Origin: Octopus bimaculoides | Taxonomy: Eukaryota | DNA: 45,551 bases | NCBI RefSeq assembly: GCF_001194135.2 | Contig: NC_068981.1 | Location: forward strand, 29,901,233-29,946,783 | Direction of reading: 5' to 3' | In this document: one piece after another, positions 35,094 to 45,551 of the stretch | How positions within the stretch are numbered: position 1 is the stretch's first letter | How the letters are laid out: each line of letters starts with the position of its first letter | Translations under genes and position numbers: made by a program | The notes under the pieces: model-generated | Told to the model about the DNA's origin: nothing | The model's input: the letters and a program-made list of their open reading frames with translations, nothing else | Database searches by the model: none

Positions 35094-36470
35094 CCATCAT
35101 CAACTTCATCACCACCATCATCATCATAATCAGCATCACCATCATCATCATCATCATCATCATCGTCATCATCATCATCATCATCATCATCGTCATCATC
35201 ATCATCATCATCACCATCATCATCACCATCATCATTATCATCATCATCACCAACAACAAGAATAGCAGCAGCCTCAGCTGCAGCAGCGTTATCAACGTTA
35301 ACGGTGACACCACTGTGGTTGCAGTTTCATTATCTTTCTCGACCACAACTCCGCTGTCCCTAATGTTGCCAACGCCACCAACGCCACCAACCATCCGCCC
35401 CCTACCACCACGACCACCACCAAACCGCATACTGCCATGTCGCCGCCGCCGCCCTCAGCTGCGCCGTTCTAACTGTGACACCGCCATCGTTGTTGCTGAT
35501 AGCGCCACAAACATTACTACCACCAGCACAACTTGTACCAGAGCCACTACCGTATCGACCACGATAACCAACACAACCACCACCTAAACTACCATTATCA
35601 CAACCACAACAACAGCCAACACAACAACAGCCAACACAACCACTACTACTTTAACCACCACACAATTACTGCCATTGCCACAATCAGCTACCACAACTAT
35701 TGCCATAATTACCACCAGCACCACCACAAGCTTTACTACTATCACCATCACAACAACCATTGCTACCACCAAGCTACCAAAGCTACCAAAACCACTACTG
35801 CCACAACACAACTATAATCACCACTACAATCATCACTGCTGCCGAAACAACCTTTGCCAATACCACAACCATCGCTACTACAACCATCACTTAAGCACTA
35901 CGGAAAGACCACTAGGACGACAATGGCCACCACAATCCCTACCATCACAAGCACACCCACCACTACCAAAACAACCACGACCACCACAACCACTTCTACC
36001 AATACCACCATCACAACCACTACCACCATACCACCACTACGGCCACTACCATCACAACCACTATTACCACAACCACTGTCACTACAACTACTGCAACCAT
36101 ACCATCACAACCACTACCACCATACCACCACTACCATCACAACCACTACCACCACAACCACTATCACCACAACCACTGCCACTAATAACATCTCAACCAC
36201 TACCACCATACAACCACTACCATCACAACCACTACCACCATACCACCACTACCATCACAACCACTACCACCATACCACCACTACCATCACAACCACTACC
36301 ACCATACCACCACTACCATCACAACCACCACAACCCCTGTCACCAGAACCATTGCCACCAATACCATCACAACTGCTACCACCACAACCACTATTACCAC
36401 AAGCACGTGCACAGCAATAGCCACCAGATCCACCGCAATAATTCCCCACAATCATCGCTACCACCACTAA
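34907..36470. repeat. Long degenerate (ATC)n to (ACC/AAC)n tract containing a 32-bp minisatellite
   Basis: (CAT)n at 34907-35250; unit ccaccataccaccactaccatcacaaccacta (32 bp) repeated at about 36020-36330. Confidence 0.85.
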
Positions 36471-36637
36471 CGATCAGTCAATGTGAGGCTCTCGCCATGG
36501 TAACTGGGGCTATTTGAAAGAGCAGCCAAATCGCCCTTGAATCGCACCCTACCGTCTTAGGGAAGGACATTTTAGATAATGGGGTAATAGGCTCCGGGTG
36601 CATAGGAATAAGATGGGATTGGCAAGGCTAGAATATC

Positions 36638-36850
36638 TGTGTCTGTGTTTGTCCCCCCCCCCATACACACACCAGCATCGCTTGACAATCGATGCTGGTG
36701 TTTACGTCCCCGTAACTTAGCGGTTCGGCAAAAGAGACCGATAGAATAAGTACTAGGCTTACAAAGAATAAGTCCTGGGGTCGATTTGCTCGACTAAAGG
36801 CGGTGCTCCAGCATGGCCGCAGTCAAATGACTGAAACAAGTAAAGAGTAT
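36638..36850 (+). mobile_element. SINE family 1 tail, young copy
   Basis: catcgcttgacaatcgatgctggtg...ggcggtgctccagcatggccgcagtcaaatgactgaaacaagtaaag. Confidence 0.82.
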
Positions 36851-37121
36851 ATTGACAATTAAACCCGGCTTCACATCGCAAGAAACTTGAATGTTCCCTT
36901 TTATCAATTCTGGGTCGATTAAATAACTACAACATTCCCAAAATGATCGACGCTATTACTGAGTGATGAATGACAAAATTAATAGAATAATGATTAATCA
37001 TGTCTCTATACATTTTCTGGTTCAAATCTTACCTTAGAAAATTGAGTACTTTTAGAAAAGACAAAAATTAATTGTCGAGAAAAACAAAGTTTTAAATCTC
37101 TGAGCGAGAGAAATACAGTAA

Positions 37122-37295
37122 CAGTACCAGATAGTAATGTTTATATGCTAACATAACGCGACAGTCCTGTAAAGGACGATGTTACTGTTGTTTTAACCCC
37201 AGGAAAACATCTTTTACAGCTGGTTAACGACACACAATCTGTGTCCGTATATAGCATTTGCAAGGGAGGTCATCGCTCAAATCTCTAGCCTTACG
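37122..37295 (+). mobile_element. Single-arm fragment of the same MITE family
   Basis: aacataacgcgacagtcc...caggaaaacatcttttacagctggttaacgacacacaatctgtgtcc resembles 7797-7850 and 43380-43520. Confidence 0.6.
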
Positions 37296-38115
37296 TGACA
37301 CTCACAGGCCTAGGTCTCTAGATGTTATCCGTCTACAGTGTGAGTCAACCACCAGCTAGTGACATAAGTTATCTCCACTTGCAAATACTGTATATTCTTT
37401 AGGCGACACACTGTCGATGATCTCGCAAACTCTGACCTTTACGCTTTCTGAAGTGTATNNNNNNNNNNNNNNNNNNNNNNNNNNNNNNNNNNNNNNNNNN
37501 NNNNNNNNNNNNNNNNNNNNNNNNNNNNNNNNNNNNNNNNNNNNNNNNNNNNNNNNNNNNNNNNNNNNNNNNNNNNNNNNNNNNNNNNNNNNNNNNNNNN
37601 NNNNNNNNNNNNNNNNNNNNNNNNNNNNNNNNNNNNNNNNNNNNNNNNNNNNNNNNNNNNNNNNNNNNNNNNNNNNNNNNNNNNNNNNNNNNNNNNNNNN
37701 NNNNNNNNNNNNNNNNNNNNNNNNNNNNNNNNNNNNNNNNNNNNNNTGTAGTCGTGCCATTAACATGGTGCTTAAACTACTTTAGCGAGGCCTCGTAATC
37801 TCTAAGGAGTCCTAGTTATTTATTAATACAATCTCTGATATAGCTAAAAATTATTTCCTCAAAACTTAGACCTTCTTTTCGGGAACAGAAACCCTTTCAG
37901 CTCTGAACAGTTACTGTTCTCCACAAAGTGAAATTGTGTTTCACTCTAAAGTACACCTCACACATCTGAATAGGGCAGCTACTACACACAAACTCAAGCA
38001 TTCAAGAACGAGTCATCTGACTGAATAACAAATCTACATTTAAATTACATATGACAGTCTTTAGTATAAGAACGAGTTAAATATCCTTCAAAACACACCT
38101 CTGCAGTTTTAATAA

Positions 38116-38330
38116 TGATTTCAAATTTTGACACAAGGTTAGCAATTTTGAGGGAGGGGGAAGTCAATTACATCAAACCCAGTGCTTAACTGATACTTAT
38201 TTTATCGACCCCGAAAGGATGAAAGACAAAGTCGACCTCAGTGGAATTTGAACTCAGATCGTAAAGACGGACGAAATACCGCTACTCATTTAGCCCAGCG
38301 TGCTAGCGATTCTTCTAGCTTGCCATCTTC
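38116..38330 (-). mobile_element. SINE family 2
   Basis: tacttattttatcgaccccgaaaggatgaaagacaaagtcgacctcagtggaatttgaactcag. Confidence 0.82.
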
Positions 38331-39040
38331 AGTTATTTTATCAATAAAATGCAGGACAAATTGGAAGGCGCCACCCTAGATACATTGTGTTTGAAAAGAT
38401 GAAAGATTACCATGCAATGCTTTTGATCGTAAGTTTTAGCAATCAAGGCTGATTTGGGGCTAAAACAACAACTAATATACTGCCCTGTGTACTGTGTCTG
38501 TCTATATCTCTTTTGTAGTTACTACACTAGTTCAAGCTCCATAGAAATAGCAACTGAGTACCGCCCCATTTACTGTCACACTTGCAACCTTCTGGGATAT
38601 GTTTTCCCCCTATAATAAGTCATCAGACCTTGAAACTGAAAAAGCTATCACCATAACCTCACTGCAATCTAATTAAAGAGTGAGTCTCTCACAAACCAAC
38701 AAAGAAGCATCTACACAGTTATTAGGATCTGCTGAAATTACTGTAAAATCGCTTTCAAAGACTGTTGTTACAGTTCAACGCTAGATCAACTCTAATTTGG
38801 TCAATTCTCATATCAAAGACTTTCTAGTCGTGACTATACCGTTTTCTCTATACCGTTTTTTCTATCAATGTTACGCTCTTCTTTTTTTTAAAGATGGTAC
38901 AGTATGATTTCAAGGCAATTCGATTGTTGCTTTGTCGGTGATGTGTTCAATTGACCTTCTAGGTCGTTACCTACTTAGATAATCTCAGTATAGTGGGACA
39001 GCATTGGTGTAATAACATTATGCAGAACTATGGCTGATAT

Positions 39041-39205
39041 GATCTTTTCTACTCCAGGCACAACGCCAGAAATTTTGAGAGAGGGAGCCAGTCGATTAGA
39101 TCGACCCCAGTACGCAACTGGCACTTAATTTATCGACCCTGAAAGGATGAAAGGCAAAGTCGACCTCTGCCAAATTTGAGCTCAAAACGTGAGGACAGAC
39201 GAACT
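39041..39205 (-). mobile_element. SINE family 2, head truncated
   Basis: gtcgattagatcgaccccagtacgcaactggcacttaatttatcgaccctgaaaggatgaaaggcaaagtcgacctc. Confidence 0.8.
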
Positions 39206-39929
39206 ATGACTGATATAATGTAATTCTTGTTGTTTGACTCGGAGTCAGTCTTGATCCAACAAACCTGTTATCAAAAACGTTCGAACCATTACCAACCGTC
39301 TTTTTAGACAGTTTATCTCAGAGTAAATTAACCAAGAAGTCCCTCAGTTTCTTTTTAAGAGACTTAAGGGGGCAAGTTCAGAGAGAATTGGCTGTTATTT
39401 CCAGCTGGTTGATTTGATTGCGTTAAGATACTTCATTGGATCCGATATATTGTAGATGTAACGAGAGATATGTAGTACTGCGTGGGAAATTAAGTTGTAT
39501 GATGAAATGTTCGCGAAATATTACTTCAAATATCAAAATAAAATATAATGAAAACTAAATAACGATAGCAAAAGTAGACGTAATCCGTTAGCAAAGGTAG
39601 CAGAGGTATGATATGTGTATGATTAATACTTCGTTAAGTTCAAAGTTATTATTCTAAGCTGTGGTTTGTAAGGAAAGGAAAGTGTGTTGTTGACAATGTT
39701 AAATATAAATTGTAAAAGGCAATTTAGACAAGCGTTGATAGAACAACGATGAAACAGAAAAAGGTTTTTCAAAAGGCGGGCAGATATAATTTAATAAGAG
39801 ACATGCGTTAGTTCAAGTAGTTGGAAAACATTTATAATAAGGTGCATCAATTGATGGAAGCGGAGTCACGTTTTTTTACTGTTTAGTAAGGAGGGGGAGG
39901 CCAAGCCTATGAGCTTTATATTTTTTCAG

Positions 39930-39960
39930 AGTTTCTTGATGGGAGCAAAGTCGAAAGGGA
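39930..39960 (+). CDS. Candidate 31-nt exon (SFLMGAKSKG or EFLDGSKVER)
   Basis: Strong acceptor ttatattttttcag| and donor GA|gtaagc; two frames are open. Confidence 0.33.
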
Positions 39961-40072
39961 GTAAGCTGATCTCAAACAGGAAACCTAAGTCGTACGCCTG
40001 CATCAGAGTGCACAGGGATATGGCCAAAGTCTGCTACCAAAGGAATCAGAACATAGAGAATCGGAACAAATC

Positions 40073-40132
<60 letters not shown>

Positions 40133-40134
<2 letters not shown>

Positions 40135-40491
40135 GCGGAGGAGTTGCTGTGTGGTAAGTAGCTTGCTTACCAACCACATCGTCCCGGGTTCTGTCCCACT
40201 GCGTGGCACCTTGGGCAAGTGTCTTCTACTATAGCTTCGGGCCGGCCAAAGACTTGTAAGTGGATTTGGTAGACGGAAACTGAAAGAAGCCCGTCGTATA
40301 TATGTATATGTATATATATGTGTGTGTGTGTGTGACTGTGTTCCCCCCCCACATCGCTTGACAACCGATGCTAGTGTGTTTACGCCCCCGTAACTTAGTG
40401 ATTCGGCAAAAAAGACCGATAGAATAAGTACTAGGCTTACAAAGAATAAGTCCTGGGGTTGATTTGCTCAACTAAAGGCGGTGCTCCAGCC
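40133..40491 (+). mobile_element. CORE-like SINE family 1, near full length, young copy
   Basis: gctgtgtggtaagtagcttgcttaccaaccacat...ccttgggcaagtgtcttctactatagc...gaagcccgtcg, (TA/TG)n, then the tail to ggcggtgctccagc. Confidence 0.85.
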
Positions 40492-40495
40492 AAAT

Positions 40496-40532
<37 letters not shown>

Positions 40533-41405
40533 NNNNNNNNNNNNNNNNNNNNNNNNNNNNNNNNNNNNNNNNNNNNNNNNNNNNNNNNNNNNNNNNNNNN
40601 NNNNNNNNNNNNNNNNNNNNNNNNNNNNNNNNNNNNNNNNNNNNNNNNNNNNNNNNNNNNNNNNNNNNNNNNNNNNNNNNNNNNNNNNNNNNNNNNNNNN
40701 NNNNNNNNNNNNNNNNNNNNNNNNNNNNNNNNNNNNNNNNNNNNNNNNNNNNNNNNNNNNNNNNNNNNNNNNNNNNNNNNNNNNNNNNNNNNNNNNNNNN
40801 NNNNNNNNNNNNNNNNNNNNNNNNNNNNNNNNNNNNNNNNNNNNNNNNNNNNNNNNNNNNNNNNNNNNNNNNNNNNNNNNNNNNNNNNNNNNNNNNNNNN
40901 NNNNNNNNNNNNNNNNNNNNNNNNNNNNNNNNNNNNNNNNNNNNNNNNNNNNNNNNNNNNNNNNNNNNNNNNNNNNNNNNNNNNNNNNNNNNNNNNNNNN
41001 NNNNNNNNNNNNNNNNNNNNNNNNNNNNNNNNNNNNNNNNNNNNNNNNNNNNNNNNNNNNNNNNNNNNNNNNNNNNNNNNNNNNNNNNNNNNNNNNNNNN
41101 NNNNNNNNNNNNNNNNNNNNNNNNNNNNNNNNNNNNNNNNNNNNNNNNNNNNNNNNNNNNNNNNNNNNNNNNNNNNNNNNNNNNNNNNNNNNNNNNNNNN
41201 NNNNNNNNNNNNNNNNNNNNNNNNNNNNNNNNNNNNNNNNNNNNNNNNNNNNNNNNNNNNNNNNNAAATCTCGTGAAATCTCGTCTTTTAATTACTATCT
41301 TACTGCGTGAGCTGGAATCTTAATGCTGCCTTTCACTGTGCCTTTAAAAACAAGTAAAATTACCAAAAGTGATCGCGAGTAAGGTGTGAGTATAGGTTTG
41401 TGTAG

Positions 41406-41444
<39 letters not shown>

Positions 41445-42050
41445 AGGTGGTGGTGGTGGTGGTGGTGGTGGTGGTAGGGGAATGGATTTTGGGCGGTGCC
41501 ATGATAAAGTGCAAAATTAGCACTTGCTGTCAGCGATAGGTCTTCTTAAAACTAATCGACAGCTTTGCTTGGTGAAGGTTAAACGACTGTTCGTCTGAAT
41601 TAGAGTTAAGGTTTAGAAAGTGACAGGCAGGCAGGCAGACAGAAAGGCAGGCAGACAGTCAATCAGTCAGACAGACAGATACACACATTACAGGAGGGAG
41701 TAACGAAATAGTAAGAAAATCGGGGGAAAAGCTACAGAAGCAATCTGCGTGCGAATGCAGTCAATCAGACGCATCAAAAACGAAAAGAAGTGTGAAAAGA
41801 AAGATAAAAGACAAGAGGGGGAGGGGAAAGGGGAAAGAGGGGACAGAGACGGAGGAGTCTTGAGGTGAAAGACTATAAGACAGCAAGAGAAACCTGGTAC
41901 GGAAATTGAAAAGTGCGAGGAGTATAGTGATATAAGTGTAGGCTTCATTACATACAGACGCACATATACATGCACATGTTCACACGCACACACATAGCAG
42001 ACACATAACATGCACACGCATGCACACGCATGCACACATACACAATGATT

Positions 42051-43120
42051 ATACCGAAAATAATTCGAAAGTGAGTTCAATTTTTTTTCCTAATTGACAG
42101 AGGCCTTTCAAATTGCCTAGGTTGGTAGAGTGCAAGATAATAATGGGTCCCAGTCAGAATTAACATGTCGTCATTAAGATCTTGACAAAGAAGGTTTTGC
42201 CCTCTGATCGCTATCTGCAGCAGAAGGTTACAGGTTGTTAAAAGAGATGACACCATTGACAAAAGCAATGTGTACAGATGGAGGAGGAAGTTTAAATAAA
42301 GGGAAATCAGTCTTGAATGCAAACCATACAGCGAGAGACCACCAATACAAATCGCCAGCGAGTGACCTGATTTGTTGATTGGCGCACAGGCATGTCATAA
42401 TCCATGAGGTTGCAACTGTGGTGCAAAAGTGTGCGCAAAGTGAGTACCTTGACAATCGAAACAATTTGAAAGAGAGAAAGGGCGAAAATCTGCTCCAATC
42501 TATTGCAAATGTTTGCAGTTAACGAAAACAAGCTTTTCTTTTCCATCTGGTGACAAGAAGATGAAACGTGATCATGTCTTTATGATTCAGAAACTAAGGC
42601 TCAGTCTATGAAATGGCATCACACACAACTCTTCTCCAAGACCCAAGTTTACGAGCCGGCGATCAGGAAAGAAACTCATGGTGACTGCCTATGTGAGGAA
42701 AAGAGCATCACTCTCCTTGATTTTCTGGAACGTGACTGCACAATGAACTAGAAGCAGTACATTGAGACACTCAAAATGCTTAGAGTAGCCACTAGTAGGA
42801 AGGGACCGAACAATAATCTGAAAACAATCCACATTCACCATGCCAACGCGTGACCACACGAATATTTGGCAATAAACCAGGCAATCGGCATACAGGCCGG
42901 ATCAGTGCTCTTCTCTACACTGCTCAGCCTGGATCTGGTACTCTCTCCTTCATTGGACATGCTCACTCAGTCTTCGGGAACAACGATTTAACAACACGGA
43001 TGAGGTGAAAGTGACTGTAAAGTATTTGGTACAAGAGCATACATATAATTTTCCAAAGGAGATTCGTGTGACGAATTCAGCGATGGCGCAAATGCGTCGC
43101 TTGAGATGGAGATTAAGTAC
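42051..43120 (+). mobile_element. Degenerate mariner (Tc1/mariner, DD34D-type) transposase copy
   Basis: Ordered motif remnants: VVIKIL; NVYRWRRKFK*REISLECKPYSERP (HTH); KVCAK*VP (WVP motif); EDET*...YDSETKAQSMKW (first Asp); LLDFLE...QYIETLKML; HHANA*PH (HDNARPH); LREQRFNNTDEVK; RWRKCVA*DGD*V (C-terminus). Multiple stops and frameshifts. Confidence 0.88.
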
Positions 43121-43216
43121 TGCCTACTACTGTACAAATAATGCTCTTGTAAAGAGGAAGACTGCCTCTACCAATAATTTCAACGACTTATGTCAGCTAT
43201 GCCTACTTTTGTATTA

Positions 43217-43334
<118 letters not shown>

Positions 43335-43364
43335 ATGTGTGTGTGTGTGTGTATGTATATGTGT

Positions 43365-43522
43365 ATAGTAATGTTTATAGGTCAACATAATGTGGCAGTC
43401 CTCTAAAGGACGATGTTACTGTTGTTTTAGCTCAGGAAAGCATCTTTTACAGCTGGCTATCGAAACGCAATTTGTGTCCGTATAGCATTTACAAGGGAGA
43501 TCATCGCACCCATCTCTAGCCT
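43365..43522 (+). mobile_element. Single-arm fragment of the same MITE family
   Basis: aacataatgtggcagtcctctaaaggacgatgttactgttgttttagctcaggaaagcatcttttacagctggc aligns by eye to 37147-37220. Confidence 0.6.
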
Positions 43523-44038
43523 TTTGTCATTAGTACAAAGTATCTTAAGATAAGGCTTTTGCTTTTACTTTCAACAACGTAAAAACATGATTTTTTCTAG
43601 CACATTCCACGTCACCAAACTGTTCACTTACCTGCTAATCAATTATGATCTTGCTTGACGCAAAATGGTGTTGTAGATGATTTAATCAAACGTATTCTAA
43701 TGTAATCCTTATTGTCCTTTGTACACTTTGATGATTTTTCTTACAAGGTATTTAAAATGCAAAATTATATGATTATATGTTTTGCCATTTTCATTTTGTT
43801 TGTGAAATGAAACTATTGTAGGCGCATATGTTGATTAATTAATAAATCAATTTGTATTCATTAGATCTCTCTGTTTTCTATCTCAATAATAATGTTTGTT
43901 ATTTTACGATATTTTATATAATATATTCATTGAAGAAATATCACTTCAAAATATAATATATTAAACCAGTGTTATCTTGGATAAATATCTCTATAAGCGG
44001 TTTAGATATATCCTCATTGTGACTATATATATTACATC

Positions 44039-44076
<38 letters not shown>

Positions 44077-44200
44077 TGTACGTATATGAATGTATGTACG
44101 CATGCCTGTATGTACGTATGCATGATATCTACGCAAACAGGGAGACGTGGGTGTACATAGTAACATTTCTACAACTGTACTCATATAACTCAGTCACATA

Positions 44201-44264
<64 letters not shown>

Positions 44265-45065
44265 GTATATATGCATGTGCGTGTGCAAGCGTGTACATTT
44301 GCCTTCTGAATTCTCTCACTTCCACTCTNNNNNNNNNNNNNNNNNNNNNNNNNNNNNNNNNNNNNNNNNNNNNNNNNNNNNNNNNNNNNNNNNNNNNNNN
44401 NNNNNNNNNNNNNNNNNNNNNNNNNNNNNNNNNNNNNNNNNNNNNNNNNNNNNNNNNNNNNNNNNNNNNNNNNNNNNNNNNNNNNNNNNNNNNNNNNNNN
44501 NNNNNNNNNNNNNNNNNNNNNNNNNNNNNNNNNNNNNNNNNNNNNNNNNNNNNNNNNNNNNNNNNNNNNNNNNNNNNNNNNNNNNNNNNNNNNNNNNNNN
44601 NNNNNNNNNNNNNNNNNNNNNNNNNNNNNNNNNNNNNNNNNNNNNNNNNNNNNNNNNNNNNNNNNNNNNNNNNNNNNNNNNNNNNNNNNNNNNNNNNNNN
44701 NNNNNNNNNNNNNNNNNNNNNNNNNNNNNNNNNNNNNNNNNNNNNNNNNNNNNNNNNNNNNNNNNNNNNNNNNNNNNNNNNNNNNNNNNNNNNNNNNNNN
44801 NNNNNNNNNNNNNNNNNNNNNNNNNNNNNNNNNNNNNNNNNNNNNNNNNNNNNNNNNNNNNNNNNNNNNNNNNNNNNNNNNNNNNNNNNNNNNNNNNNNN
44901 NNNNNNNNNNNNNNNNNNNNNNNNNNNNNNNNNNNNNNNNNNNNNNNNNNNNNNNNNNNNNNNNNNNNNNNNNNNNNNNNNNNNNNNNNNNNNNNNNNNN
45001 NNNNNNNNNNNNNNNNNNNNNNNNNNNNNNNNNNNNNNNNNNNNNNNNNNNNNNNNNNNNNNNNN

Positions 45066-45107
<42 letters not shown>

Positions 45108-45512
45108 CCTATGCAATACATATTCTTGCAATAACAACAGTAAGACTCAGATTTTCTGTTCGTCTTCAGCCTGTTTCTGAACAGACCACCACCGATGACA
45201 TAACTTTATTAAGATTTATTTCACATTCTTCCCTCTAGGCATATCATTTCACTCTAGATTCAGTTTTAAACCAAATTCTTCACCTTTCCTATGTATATGT
45301 ATATGTCTATTCATGTTCATCTGTCTACATATTACATAACCACATACATACGCATATACTCACACACAACACATAAATAGAAATGCAAGACACACATGGA
45401 TATGTACGTATGTAATATATATATATATGTGTGTGTGTGTGCATGTGTGTGTGTATGTATGTATGTATGCATGTATGTATGTATGTATGTATGTATCTGT
45501 ATATATATGTAA

Positions 45513-45551
<39 letters not shown>

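Noticed and set aside
33944-36517. Long Ile/Ser/His/Thr/Pro-rich ORFs as mucin-like genes
   Set aside because: They span an 865-nt gap and (ATC/ACC)n repeats, several frames are open at once, and the 32-bp period rotates the frame.

Overview
Eukaryotic, AT-rich, repeat-dominated DNA with about 5.3 kb of N in 15 assembly gaps, nearly all abutting microsatellites. The SINE families and microsatellite density suggest an octopus (coleoid cephalopod) genome; this is an inference from remembered repeat families, not a database match. Almost every supplied ORF is a microsatellite or gap artefact. Supported content: (i) a decayed Penelope-like retroelement (RT plus GIY-YIG) at about 12.3-13.9 kb, interrupted by a SINE; (ii) a decayed mariner transposase at about 42.05-43.12 kb; (iii) a probable LINE RT remnant at about 31.3-31.7 kb; (iv) over 20 tRNA-derived SINE copies from at least three families; (v) about nine MITE or fold-back elements; (vi) two small non-coding repeat families carrying hammerhead-ribozyme-like motifs, the most interesting signal here; (vii) several unidentified candidate exons defined only by splice signals. 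No CRISPR, rRNA or intact tRNA gene was seen, and no protein-coding gene could be named.
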